Positions 9,166-22,725 of a stretch of DNA of 57,001 nucleotides are shown here, piece after piece. The stretch lies in contig JBBRLI010000019.1 in NCBI GenBank assembly GCA_038231455.1, positions 1 through 57,001 on the forward strand, given 5' to 3'. The DNA comes from Vulcanimicrobiales bacterium. GTDB taxonomy: Bacteria > Vulcanimicrobiota > Vulcanimicrobiia > Vulcanimicrobiales > Vulcanimicrobiaceae. Under the pieces are notes generated by a model. The model saw only the letters and a program-made list of their open reading frames with translations, was not told where the DNA came from and made no database searches. Made by a program: the position numbers and the translations under genes. Position 1 is the stretch's first letter; every line of letters starts with the position of its first letter.

Positions 9166-10330
9166 TGCCGGTAAGCGCCTGACCTAGCACCAGCATGTGC
9201 ACTTCGCTTGTGCCCTCGTACGTAAGAACGGTCTCGAGATTCGCCATATGGCGCATCACGGGGTAGTTCGTCGTGATGCCGTTCCCGCCGAGGATCGTTC
9301 GCGACTCCCGCGCGATGGCGATGGCGTCGCGCACGTTGTTGAGTTTGCCGAAACTCACTTGCTCGGGTTTAAGGCCCGTCGCGTCTTTCGTGCGGCCGAG
9401 GTGCATGGCGACGAGAAGCGCCTTCTCGTAGGCAACTTGCATGTTGGCGAGCTTCTCTTGCGTGAGCTGGAAAGCGGCAAGCGGCTTATTGAATTGTTTG
9501 CGCGTGGTCGCGTAATCGAGCGCCGTTTCGATGCACGTGCGCGCGGCGCCGACGACGCCCCAGATGATCCCGTAGCGAGCTTCGTTCAAACACGAGAGCG
9601 GCCCGCGCAAGCTCTTCACGCCCGGCAGCACCGCATCCGCCGGAAGCCGCACGTCGTGCAATTCATATTCTGATGAAACCGACGCGCGCAGCGAGAGCTT
9701 ATTATCGATGCCTCGCACCTCGAACCCGGGACTGTCGGTCGGCACGATGAAGCCGCGAATGCCGTCATCCGTTTTCGCCCACACGATCGCGATCTGAGCG
9801 ATTCCCGCGTTCGTGCTCCAGCGTTTGTAGCCGTCGAGAATCCAGTCGTTGCCGTCCCGTCGTGCGCGTGTCGTCATCGCGCCGGGATCGCTTCCGGCCT
9901 CCGGTTCGGTCAAACCGAAGCAGCCGATGATCTCGCCGCGCGCCATCGCCGGCAGATAGTGGTTCTTCTGCTCTTCGCTTCCGAACGCGTGAATGGCGGT
10001 CATCGCAAGCGACCCTTGCACCGAAGCAAAACTCCGAACGCCAGAGTCGCACGCTTCGAGTTCCATGCAAACGATGCCGTAGTCGACCGCGCTCTGACCG
10101 GGGCACCCGTAGCCCGCAAGATGCGTCCCAAGCAAACCCCGCTTCCCGAATTCCGTCGCCAGTTCGCTCGGAAAGACACCGCGCGCATACCAGTCTTCGA
10201 TGCGCGGGCTAAGGGACGAACGCACGAATCCGCGGACCCGGTCGCGCAGCGCGCGCTCCTCCGTTGAAAGCAAACCCTCAAGGCCGAGGATACTCGGGTC
10301 AGCGTGGGTGGGCGTCGTGAGGGTCGTCAT
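9149..10330 (-). CDS. gcdH: Acyl-CoA dehydrogenase, glutaryl-CoA dehydrogenase type
   Basis: DSGVRSFASVQGSL, GCFGLTEPEAGSDPGAM, LGGNGI, TYEGT catalytic motif; start at MTTLTT. Confidence 0.8.
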   Translation of the reverse strand: MTTLTTPTHADPSILGLEGLLSTEERALRDRVRGFVRSSLSPRIEDWYARGVFPSELATEFGKRGLLGTHLAGYGCPGQSAVDYGIVCMELEACDSGVRSFASVQGSLAMTAIHAFGSEEQKNHYLPAMARGEIIGCFGLTEPEAGSDPGAMTTRARRDGNDWILDGYKRWSTNAGIAQIAIVWAKTDDGIRGFIVPTDSPGFEVRGIDNKLSLRASVSSEYELHDVRLPADAVLPGVKSLRGPLSCLNEARYGIIWGVVGAARTCIETALDYATTRKQFNKPLAAFQLTQEKLANMQVAYEKALLVAMHLGRTKDATGLKPEQVSFGKLNNVRDAIAIARESRTILGGNGITTNYPVMRHMANLETVLTYEGTSEVHMLVLGQALTGINAFS

Positions 10331-10474
10331 AGGCGGCTCTTCGCTATCGAACGGCTCCACCTCTAGTCCCAAGCAGGACCGATTGCCGAGGGGAATCGTT
10401 CTCCTGAGCAAAGGCGTCTATTGTTTCATGGGGGTGTCATGTTCTCTGCGCGGTTTTTTGTGCGTTCACGGTCG

Positions 10475-12566
10475 ATGCGATCACTTTTCCGATTTATAGC
10501 GCTTGCGGCGATCCTGCTGAGCGCTCGGGCGATTCCGGCGGCGGCGGCGGTTAACGCCTCCGCCGCATTCGTGGGCGCGACAACGAGCGCCGCGCCGCCG
10601 ACAACGGGATCGCTCGATGATCTCACATCGCCCCTTTGGCAAAAGGCGCTGCGCGCATCGTCGTTTCAGAATTTCACCACGCGCATGGGTACCGATGAAA
10701 CCGAGGTCTCACTCGTCTTCGGGCCGGATTCGATTTACTGCGCGTTCGTGGTGCACCAGTCCCACGAATCCACTTGCCAAACAAACGACCAACGGTGTGG
10801 GTCTGGGTCTCGACGACTACGTCGCGATCATGTTCGACACGAGCGGCAACGGGACCAATCAATACTTCTTCGAATCGACGCCGGCCGGCGTGCGGTATCA
10901 ATCCGCGAGCGAGTCGACGCGCTACAATCCGCAATGGACGGCATTTGCAAACATCGATGGCGATCGCTGGCTTGCCGAACTCGTCGTCCCGTATCGATTC
11001 ATGCGCGGAAACGAAAGCACGTGGCGCGTGAATTTCGCCCGCTGGAGCGCGAAGACGCTTCAACTTACCACCTGGGCTTACGACCGCAACATGGACACCC
11101 CGTTCGATGAGACATTTTGGCCCAAGGTCTCAAACGGCCCGGCGCTTGCCCATCAAATCGCCCGACCGACGGCGCAGATTTACGGTTTGAGCTCGAGCGG
11201 TCGGGATGCCCGCGTGTTCGAGGGTTCTGCCGGAGAACTCAAATCGCTTCAGGGCCGCACCGTTGGAATCGATGCGAAAATTCCCATTACCTCGGGCCTC
11301 AACTTCGATGGGACGTTGAACCCCGACTTTTCGAATCTCGAGAACGATCAGCAGATCATCGCACCGCAAGAATTCCGGTATCAGTATTCGGAGTACCGGC
11401 CGTTCTTCACCCAAGGCGCGAACTATTTGCCCGCTAGCGATGTCTTCTACTCGCCGAGCATCGGCGTCTTCGATCACGGCGAAAAGATCGAAGGGCAAAT
11501 CGGCCATTACGGCCTCGGGGTGCTCAACGTCGGTCGCTTTGGTTCATCAGACCGGGCCTATTCGCTCGCCTACACCGCGGCGAATCAGGAGACGACGGTC
11601 TCCTTTACCGGCGCCCAAGCCGTGCGACCGAACGGCACCGACACCGTCAACGAAATTTCGCTCTTCAATCAGAATCTCGCATCGCAAATCGGATACGGCG
11701 CGACAACGGCAATTGAGTCGGGAGCGCTGACGAGCGATTCCGCACAAGCCCGCAAGTCGACTGCATATGCTAGCGTGAATAAGGCGAACTACTACGCCGG
11801 CGTCACGTATACACACGTCGGTCCCGATTTCAATCCAACCGACGCATTCACCCAGCAATCCGACGTACGCGGACCGTCGATCTATGGCGGTCTCACATCG
11901 ACGCCGAATACGAAGGCGTCAATTCGAAACATGTCCATCGGCGCCTACGGGGACCGCTATATCGATCGGTCAGGCGCCGTTCGAGAATCCGACGCTAGCC
12001 TTTACGGCAGTTTGACGTTCAAGAACCGATTGAGCTTCGGATTCTCGCAATCGACAAGCACGCTGCGGTCATACACCGATTATTATCCAATATATAGCGA
12101 TGGAACGACCTCGCCGTATAACCAAACCAGTGTTTCGACATCTTATCGAAGCGGCACGCCCGACAATGCGAGCCTTGCTTATTCGTGGGGCAACTTTTCC
12201 TCGATGTACGTGCAGCAACTACGCGCTTCGGTAAGCCACCAATTTAGTCAGCGCTATAGCGCGAACGTTGTCTACAACCAAGTTGACGAACGCAGTTTCG
12301 TGGGCCTCGCCGATGGTCAGATTCTTCGCCGTATCTCGCTGCGCGGCGCGCTCGCGCGCGATCAAACGCTCGACGTCGCCTATCGAACGATCGTCGGTAC
12401 CGGCGGGTTCTCTCGGCCCGGACAAAATTTTGCTCTAGGCTATTTTCGACGATTTAAAAGCGGGAGCACGTTACAAGCGGAGATCGGCAGCCCGGCGGCA
12501 TCGCACACACTCGATCGCTACGTTCTTAAATACGTGCTCTTTCTCGGTTCAGGCGCTGGTCAGTAG
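10475..12566 (+). pseudogene. DUF5916/CBM9-like outer-membrane protein with a frameshift near 10760-10775
   Basis: Signal peptide and CBM9-like start (TEVSLVFGPDSIYCAF) in one frame. DDYVAIMFD and NPDFSNLENDQQ...EYRPFFTQG plus alternating beta-strand pattern in the next frame. Confidence 0.72.
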
Positions 12567-12634
12567 CGCAACGAGGAAACCGCTCTCGTACACGCAACGA
12601 CGCTGACAAAGCCGCTTCTTCGAGAGGGTGATCG

Positions 12635-13357
12635 ATGCGCTTCCTCGTTTCTGTTGTCGCGTGTGTTGTCGTCATGAGCGCGAGCGCAAGTGCGCAGCCG
12701 GTACCGATGACGTCGGCCCCACTGCCGGCGCCCAGCCCCGGCATGTATGTGCGACAGACAAGCACGATTCTTCCGCTCCTTCAAATCACGGTCCAAGGCC
12801 GCTCCGTCCTGCGCGTACCGGCCGATGGCGTCCGAGTCGAGGCGTTTGTCAACGGCATCTCCGACGCTGCGGATGAGGATACGATTGTCGCGCGTCTCCG
12901 AGCGGGCGGACTGGAGTCGCCGCAGATCCTCACGCCATCGTATTTTGGGAATCAAAATTCACCGACGATCGTGCGCGCGCTTCTGCGCCGACCGACGCCA
13001 CAGCGTATCGACGCTCTTGCGAAGCTGGCGGCATCGATCCTTGCCGAGCGCCCGGGGCTCAAACTGCAAAACGGCAACTTGGTTCCGTTCCTCGACGATT
13101 GCAACGGTGCTGAATCAAAGCTCCGACGCGCAGCAATCGACGACGCACGCCGCAGGGCGCTCGAAATCGCGCAAGCCGCGTCAGTTACGCTCGGTCAGAT
13201 TACTAGCGTCAACGAACTCACGCCGCCATTTTGTCCGACGGGTTCGCCGGTATCCAATACCTTCGGCGGCGGCGGAGGCGGCGTCGGCGGAATCGAACGC
13301 GAGCCCGCCGTTTACTTAAATATGAGCGAGAGCGTCACGTTTTCGATCTTGCGATAG
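12635..13357 (+). CDS. SIMPL (DUF541)-domain exported protein
   Basis: Signal peptide, ITVQGRSVLRVPAD, AAIDDARRRALEIAQAASVTLGQITSVNE, terminal VTFSI. Confidence 0.8.
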   Translation: MRFLVSVVACVVVMSASASAQPVPMTSAPLPAPSPGMYVRQTSTILPLLQITVQGRSVLRVPADGVRVEAFVNGISDAADEDTIVARLRAGGLESPQILTPSYFGNQNSPTIVRALLRRPTPQRIDALAKLAASILAERPGLKLQNGNLVPFLDDCNGAESKLRRAAIDDARRRALEIAQAASVTLGQITSVNELTPPFCPTGSPVSNTFGGGGGGVGGIEREPAVYLNMSESVTFSILR

Positions 13358-13456
13358 CGCGAGACGAGCGCCCGAAAGCAAGGACTTTCACAGCACCGGT
13401 CATTTGCGATGCACGCCGCGCGACGTCTTGCGCGACGTAACGTGCAGCGAGATCGG

Positions 13457-13882
13457 CTACCGTTTGAGGACGCGCGTCATTTTTTCGAAGAGTCCGTCGA
13501 TCGCGCGTTCGTGCTGATCCTGAATGCGCTTCCAAAACATGCGCCCTTCGAGATCCGATAGCGTGGCGACAACCCGATGCGTGATCACCGTTTTTTTGCC
13601 GTCGATGCTCAAGTAAAAACCGTGCGTGCCGTCGACGCCTTCGTTGTCGATGCGCCACACGATCTTCTCTTCAGGCACGACTTCATCGAGCACGGCGTGG
13701 ACACCCAAGTGCCACTCTTCGGTCTTCCCCGGATCGAGCGGCCCCGCGGAGCGCATGAACGGCTGTGAGGCGAACGGCCAGACGGCATCGCCCGAGGTTC
13801 CCATCTCAGAGAGTAACTGGAATATGCGGCGGGGGGTCCCGCTCAGCGTGCGTGTCATTGCGACATCGATCGGTATCGGCAT
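13457..13882 (-). CDS. SRPBCC/START-like domain protein
   Basis: 141 aa; EVVPEEKIVW, beta-rich core and C-terminal amphipathic helix. Confidence 0.65.
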   Translation of the reverse strand: MPIPIDVAMTRTLSGTPRRIFQLLSEMGTSGDAVWPFASQPFMRSAGPLDPGKTEEWHLGVHAVLDEVVPEEKIVWRIDNEGVDGTHGFYLSIDGKKTVITHRVVATLSDLEGRMFWKRIQDQHERAIDGLFEKMTRVLKR

Positions 13883-13974
13883 GGCGCATGGTTCTTACCA
13901 AGCCAACGGATGCATCCCCTCGCACGACGAGATTAATGGAAAATTAGTGCTGGGGAGACGGGATGGGCAAGGGC

Positions 13975-14003
13975 TTGCAGAAGCAAGTCGGGCGTGGTAA
14001 TCT
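13975..14003 (+). promoter_or_regulatory. sigma70-type promoter for the 85-aa ORF
   Basis: TTGCAG-17-TAATCT with extended TG. Confidence 0.55.
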
Positions 14004-14038
14004 TCTCGCAACTAAAGAATTAGTATCTGGAGGCCAGC

Positions 14039-14296
14039 GTGAGGCGTCTCGCTATCGGCGGACTTGTAGCACTCGAGTTGTTGCTCTTCATCGCGATCGT
14101 CAAGACTTCGGTTCTCGCCGTTTTCCCGCACCACCAGGCCTCGCTCGCCGCCACTCGGGCGATCGAGTTCACGATCCCCGGACCCCGCGTTGCGTATCGC
14201 GTCTGCCTCTTCTGCACGAGCAGCGAGATCGACGGCGCGCCGCTTGTCGGACGACATAAAATCTTGCTCATCGCGCCGCTTCGCGATTCGAGTTAG
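14039..14296 (+). CDS. Small membrane-anchored hypothetical protein with CxxC
   Basis: GGAGG before GTG, promoter upstream, N-terminal TM helix, CLFC motif. Confidence 0.6.
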   Translation: MRRLAIGGLVALELLLFIAIVKTSVLAVFPHHQASLAATRAIEFTIPGPRVAYRVCLFCTSSEIDGAPLVGRHKILLIAPLRDSS

Positions 14297-14299
14297 CTT

Positions 14300-14866
14300 C
14301 TAAGGTCGGTTCGCGAACTGATCCACGGCGTCATGTAGCGCGTTTTCCATAAGCTGCGTCATGCCGGCTGCAACGTTCGTGCCGTGGTGGACTTTGTTTG
14401 ACGTCGTGTACGTATGCCACGCAACGTGACCACTGCAATCGATCAAGTAGAGCTTGAGCCGCGCGCGCAGCGGCGATGCATCGAACGCCCCGGACGCTGA
14501 GACAACGCCGCCGATCACCGGGATAAAACCCGTGAGATTGCGTTCCTTACTCTGCTCGAATTTGAATTGACCGACGATGACGCCGTCGCCGTGGTACTGC
14601 GCGCAGAGTTTACTCGCCGAACCGACCGCTTCGATCGCGTCGATCGGGGTCGATACCGCCGAGCGAATGCGTCGTTCGGAGAGATTGTTCGTCAGATCCG
14701 TCGTCGCGTCGCGCGAGAGCGGATCGGTATCGCCCGGTTCGCCGAACGGGACGACGACATAGAGCGGTGACTCATTAAACGCGCGCACCGGCTCGCAGAC
14801 GCCCATCCAAGCAGCGATTGCGATAAGCGCGAAAGCAAGAGATCGAACGAGCGTTTGCGGCCCCAT
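14300..14866 (-). CDS. Hypothetical exported protein
   Basis: AGGA before ATG (MGPQTLV), signal-like segment, YVVVPF, LYLIDCSGHVAW; loosely CsgG/LpoB-like alpha/beta pattern. Confidence 0.65.
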   Translation of the reverse strand: MGPQTLVRSLAFALIAIAAWMGVCEPVRAFNESPLYVVVPFGEPGDTDPLSRDATTDLTNNLSERRIRSAVSTPIDAIEAVGSASKLCAQYHGDGVIVGQFKFEQSKERNLTGFIPVIGGVVSASGAFDASPLRARLKLYLIDCSGHVAWHTYTTSNKVHHGTNVAAGMTQLMENALHDAVDQFANRP

Positions 14867-15039
14867 GTGTTTCCTAAACGTACGCCCTCGAGCGCTCGTT
14901 CCCATGTGCGAATGAAGGCAGCGAACCCGTACCCACAAGGTCCCATGGGGAAAGGGATTACTTGGTTCGCGGCTACACGTAATGGTTGCCTCGTACAGCA
15001 GTTGAGGCACCGCCGTGAACGCCACGGAAGGGACACGAT

Positions 15040-15408
15040 ATGAAGAAATTATTCGCCCTTGGATTCTCTGCGCTCCTTAGCATGGTTTGCTTTAGCCAAC
15101 CCGCCCAGGCCGCCGGTACAATGACCGTGGTCAACAATTCCAAGTACGATCTGACCGGAAGCATCAGCTACCACACGGCGCTCTGCAAAGACGACAAAAT
15201 CCACATTGCGGGACGCGGTAAGTGGACCGTCAAATCCGGCCTCTGCGCCGTGAAAGGTTCGTCTTTCTCACTGAAGGACGCACAAGGTGTCGATCATGCT
15301 TGCGCGTATGGAACTTCGTCGAGAACGGCATCGAACTTTGCGCTCTACCATCGGACGACCATCCCGAACGCGTTCTGCGAAGTCAAAAACGACCGCCCGA
15401 ACTTCTAA
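15040..15408 (+). CDS. Small secreted beta-rich protein with four mature Cys
   Basis: MKK-hydrophobic-AQA signal peptide, GAAGGGA SD, terminator downstream. Confidence 0.75.
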   Translation: MKKLFALGFSALLSMVCFSQPAQAAGTMTVVNNSKYDLTGSISYHTALCKDDKIHIAGRGKWTVKSGLCAVKGSSFSLKDAQGVDHACAYGTSSRTASNFALYHRTTIPNAFCEVKNDRPNF

Positions 15409-15418
15409 GGCAGAACAG

Positions 15419-15449
15419 AAAAGAGCCGCCCCAGAGGGCGACTCTTTTT
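15419..15449. terminator. Bidirectional intrinsic terminator (ends the str operon after rpsJ)
   Basis: AAAAGAGCCGCCC-CAGA-GGGCGACTCTTTTT. Confidence 0.8.
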
Positions 15450-15468
15450 CTTTGCGCTGAACCGCGAG

Positions 15469-15777
15469 TTAGGCTTTGAGTTCGATGTCGACGCCGGCCG
15501 GGAGATCGAGGTGCATGAGCGCATCCATCGTCTTCGGTGAAGCCTGGAGTATGTCGATCAGGCGCTTATGCGTGCGCATTTCGAAATGCTCGCGGCTCTT
15601 CTTGTCGACGTGCGGCGAACGCAGCACGCAGACCCGGTTGATTTCCGTCGGCAAGGGCACGGGACCGCTCACGAATGCGCCGGTGCGCTTCGCCGTATCC
15701 ACGATCCGCTCGGCACTCTGATCGAGTACGCGATGATCGTAGGCCTTGAGTCGGATCCGGATCTTCTGCTTCGCCAT
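15469..15777 (-). CDS. rpsJ: 30S ribosomal protein S10 (uS10)
   Basis: [22 protein letters not shown]...[23 protein letters not shown]. Confidence 0.99.
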   Translation of the reverse strand: MAKQKIRIRLKAYDHRVLDQSAERIVDTAKRTGAFVSGPVPLPTEINRVCVLRSPHVDKKSREHFEMRTHKRLIDILQASPKTMDALMHLDLPAGVDIELKA

Positions 15778-15790
15778 GGTTTGCTTTCTA

Positions 15791-16993
<1,203 letters not shown>

Positions 16994-17050
16994 TTGTTAC
17001 TGTCGCTGTTCCTTTGGTTTGCTTTTGCGTTTTTAAGGCGCTAGTGCGCC

Positions 17051-17070
17051 CCCCACGCAAAAGCGTGGGG
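17051..17070. other. Hairpin in the fusA-tuf spacer
   Basis: CCCCACGC-AAAA-GCGTGGGG; no U-tract on the - strand, so possibly a stability or processing element. Confidence 0.5.
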
Positions 17071-17094
17071 CGAGGGGTCACTGGGAGCCGAGGT

Positions 17095-19212
<2,118 letters not shown>

Positions 19213-19218
19213 AATCTC

Positions 19219-19689
19219 TTACCAGCGGTAGTGGGCGAAGGCTTTGTTGGCTTCCGCCATCTTGTGCGTGTCGTCGCGCTTCTTCACCGAAGCGCCCAAG
19301 TTGTTCGCAGCGTCCATCAGTTCGCCCGCGAGCTTCTCTTCCATCGAACGGCCGGGACGTTTGCGCGCGAAATTGATCAGCCAGCGCATCGCCATCGCCT
19401 GACGACGATCGGGACGGACTTCCATCGGAACCTGATAGGTGGCACCACCGACGCGGCGGGGGCGCACTTCGACCAGGGGCATCGCGTTGCCAAGTGCTTG
19501 GGTGAAGACGTCCATCGGGTCGCGGCTCATCTTCGTTTCGATGATGGCGAGGGCATCATAGGTGATGCGTTCCGCAGTGGACTTCTTGCCCATGAGCATC
19601 ACCTTATTGATGAAGCGCGAGAGCACTTTCGAATTAAACTTCGGATCCGGGAGAATGGGTCGCTTTGCGACGGGTCCCTTACGCGGCAT
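19219..19689 (-). CDS. rpsG: 30S ribosomal protein S7 (uS7)
   Basis: [10 protein letters not shown]...[11 protein letters not shown]...[13 protein letters not shown]. Confidence 0.99.
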   Translation of the reverse strand: MPRKGPVAKRPILPDPKFNSKVLSRFINKVMLMGKKSTAERITYDALAIIETKMSRDPMDVFTQALGNAMPLVEVRPRRVGGATYQVPMEVRPDRRQAMAMRWLINFARKRPGRSMEEKLAGELMDAANNLGASVKKRDDTHKMAEANKAFAHYRW

Positions 19690-19700
19690 GGACGTCTACC

Positions 19701-20141
<441 letters not shown>

Positions 20142-20198
20142 GCAGTCTCTCTTCCACACACAAAATGGGCCACACCATCGGTGGGCCGGAACCTTCGC

Positions 20199-20228
20199 AG
20201 TATAGCAATCTTTGGGGTCCGCCGTCAA
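20199..20228 (-). promoter_or_regulatory. str operon promoter
   Basis: TTGACG-18-TATACT with extended TG. Confidence 0.7.
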
Positions 20229-20241
20229 CGGCAGGGCTACC

Positions 20242-20513
20242 TTACGGGATGGCTTGCTTCTTCACACATCGCTGATGGATGGCGAGAAACTGCCGGGCGA
20301 CCACGTTCTCGCTCGCGCGAACCCCGTATGCGAGGCGCTCGGCAAGCGAAATGCGTTGCTCTCCGTGAAACGCCGTCGTTGGCTGAGCGTCGTCGGCTTT
20401 GCGATCGCGTGGACGCGGCCAATCTCGGGGAAGTCGCTGGGAGCGGGCGTCGGCGTCTCGGGCGCTCCCGCAAGCAGCATCGCGAGAATCGGTACGGCGA
20501 ACCCGACACCCAC
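20242..20513 (-). pseudogene. Internally deleted, frameshifted third paralog of the PEIGRV secreted family
   Basis: Signal plus DFPEIGRVHAI in one frame. The shifted frame reads [30 protein letters not shown], matching the paralog C-termini (QLAAGVKANEEVVAKTFYGIARSCQGK). Confidence 0.75.
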
Positions 20514-20517
20514 TAGG

Positions 20518-21190
20518 TCACTTTCCTTGGCAGCTCCGTGCAATTCCGTAGAACGTCTTCGCAACCACTTCTTCGTTCGCTTTTACGCCCGCAGCGAGTT
20601 GGCCGGTCCAATCCTGGATAGTGGCCACGTCCGCGAGCGGGATCTTTCCGCGGATGGCCGGCATCCCCGGCGGCGGCTCGTCCGACCGGCCGCCCTGAGC
20701 GGATCTCAAGACACCCATGGCCTTGATTTCCTCGCGCATGACGAATTGGTTGAGGAGCGCTGCGCGGTTGATCTGCGAGTCGTAGAGCGATTGGAGCTGA
20801 GCACGCTCGGCCCGCACGCTAGGATCGGGAATATCGGAGGCGAATCGCGGGTCGCCGAGGGCATCGGCGATCACTTTGGCGTGCTGAAGCAGCTTCGTTT
20901 TGTCCTGGCCAAGCTTACTCAGGAGATATCTGCGCTTTGCGTCCGAATCCGGCTGCGCATCGCTTTCGTCGTCTTTCCCGCCCACGTAGCCGGTCAAGTT
21001 CTTCGACGCCGCAGCGAACTGCCGATCGGCGGCGCGCGCGGCGGTAAACGCGGGAATCGCAAGGTCGCGCATGACCGCGCAGGACGGGCTCATCGCCCGG
21101 ACCCGTCCGATCTCCGGGAAATCCAATGGGGCTGGCTGTAACATCAGCCGGCCCGGCAAAGATCAGCAAGAGGGCAAGCGCACCGATCAT
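20518..21190 (-). pseudogene. PEIGRV-family secreted protein, paralog 2 (frameshift near 21135-21155 between signal peptide and body)
   Basis: MIGALALLLIFAGPA starts at 21190. The body LQPAPLDFPEIGRVRAMSPSC... is in another frame and is collinear with 21197-21922. Confidence 0.75.
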
Positions 21191-21196
21191 CCGGGC

Positions 21197-21922
21197 CTAC
21201 TTTGCCTGGCAGTTCTTGGCGATCGAAAAGAACGTTCGGGACACGGCCTCTTCGTTCGATTTGACGGAGGCCGAAATCTGGCCGGTCCAATCGCGAATCG
21301 ACTCCGCGTCCGCATAGCCGATCCGGCCGTTCAGTTTGGGCATGCCAAGGGGCGTTGTCGTCTCGCGCGGCTCGGGAGTCTGGAGCGGCTGACCGCCACG
21401 GCGGCCCTTGAAGGCGTCCGTGTCCCCGACTCCGCGTAGTGCGACCGTGTTCTGCTCGCGCATAACGAACTGGTTGAGCTCACTTGCTCGGGTGATTTGC
21501 GATTCGTACAGCGCCTCGAGTTGCTTGCGCTCCGCAATCACCGCGATATCCGATGTGTCGGCGAGACGCCGGTCGCCAAGCGCGTCGGCGATGACCTTGG
21601 CGTTCTGCAGCATCTTCGTATTATCCATGCTCAGCTTCGCTAGACGAAACTCCCGAATGGCCGGTGGCTCGGGGTTGTATTTGCTGTCGTCGGCGATCGC
21701 CTTAACATACTCCGGCAAATTCTTCGAGACGTTATCGAAGTGGCCATCCGCCTCTTTTGCCGCCTTGAACGCGGGAATCACCAGATCGCGCATCGCGCCA
21801 CAGGCCGGCGAGATCGCGCGAACCCGACCGATTTCGGGGATATTGCTCGACGCTTGCGGTTGCGGGCTCGTATCCGGCATCGGCGGAGCAAAGGCGAGGA
21901 GAAGGGCAAGAAGGGCTACCAT
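21197..21922 (-). CDS. PEIGRV-family secreted helical protein, paralog 1
   Basis: Signal peptide, Pro-rich linker, NIPEIGRVRAISPAC, helical body, C-terminal KNC. Confidence 0.85.
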   Translation of the reverse strand: MVALLALLLAFAPPMPDTSPQPQASSNIPEIGRVRAISPACGAMRDLVIPAFKAAKEADGHFDNVSKNLPEYVKAIADDSKYNPEPPAIREFRLAKLSMDNTKMLQNAKVIADALGDRRLADTSDIAVIAERKQLEALYESQITRASELNQFVMREQNTVALRGVGDTDAFKGRRGGQPLQTPEPRETTTPLGMPKLNGRIGYADAESIRDWTGQISASVKSNEEAVSRTFFSIAKNCQAK

Positions 21923-21976
21923 GACGGCACAAATTCGCGTCCGGTCCGGTAGCCCCTAGAAACGCAAGCGCCGCGC

Positions 21977-22165
21977 TTAGTGGCGGCGGCTCGGATCGAC
22001 CAAATGGAGCGCGCGTTTGGCAGCGACTTCCATCTCGGCCTGCGTCCAGTTCTTGTTTCCGTCGATGCCGGTGCCCATGTCCGAGAGATCGTTGCCGACT
22101 TCGAGATCGACGGTCACGGCGACCGGAAAACCATCGATTCGTGCGGCGGGTGCGTGCAAATCCAC
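21977..22165 (-). CDS. Small hypothetical protein (62 aa)
   Basis: Strong TAAGGAG SD before GTG. Confidence 0.55.
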   Translation of the reverse strand: MDLHAPAARIDGFPVAVTVDLEVGNDLSDMGTGIDGNKNWTQAEMEVAAKRALHLVDPSRRH

Positions 22166-22284
22166 GTGTACTCCTTACAATGGGGTATTTTACGCGATCT
22201 TCTTCTCGCACGCCAAATCCCCCGGCGTGAATCATTTGCCACGCCGTGCGGTATATCGGGCATCACCGCTCGGAGGGAACTACC

Positions 22285-22701
22285 TTGCGTCGTCCGATTC
22301 TCACCACCCGATTCGCCTGGATCATTGCCGCAGTCGTCGGCATCTTGGCCGTCGCCCACATCGACCATCACGGCGCGAACGCGCAGACCATCACGATCTC
22401 GTCAGCCGACTCCGATGCGATTCGCGAAGCGGCTCGCGATACCGCGCGCGAACAAACCGATTCTCTGCGGTCTGCGGCGCAAGACCGTGTCGATGCCGCG
22501 CGCGAAGCCGCTGATGCGGCGCGCGAACAAGCAGAAGCCTTTCGCGATCAAGCGCGCGACAACGCTGAGGCAATGCGCGAGGCGGCTCGCGCCGAACGCG
22601 ATGCCCTGCGCGAAGAGGCGCGTGCGCTGCGCGACGCACACCGTGCGCCGCACATCCGCATCACGATTCCATCGACGATCGACATCGACACGAATTCGTA
22701 G
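22285..22701 (+). CDS. Membrane-anchored/exported protein with Ala/Arg/Glu-rich coiled coil
   Basis: GGAGGG SD, TTG start, TM segment, repeated AREAARD/AREQA units. Confidence 0.7.
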   Translation: MRRPILTTRFAWIIAAVVGILAVAHIDHHGANAQTITISSADSDAIREAARDTAREQTDSLRSAAQDRVDAAREAADAAREQAEAFRDQARDNAEAMREAARAERDALREEARALRDAHRAPHIRITIPSTIDIDTNS

Positions 22702-22725
22702 CCGCGATTTCGCACGATCCGGGCT

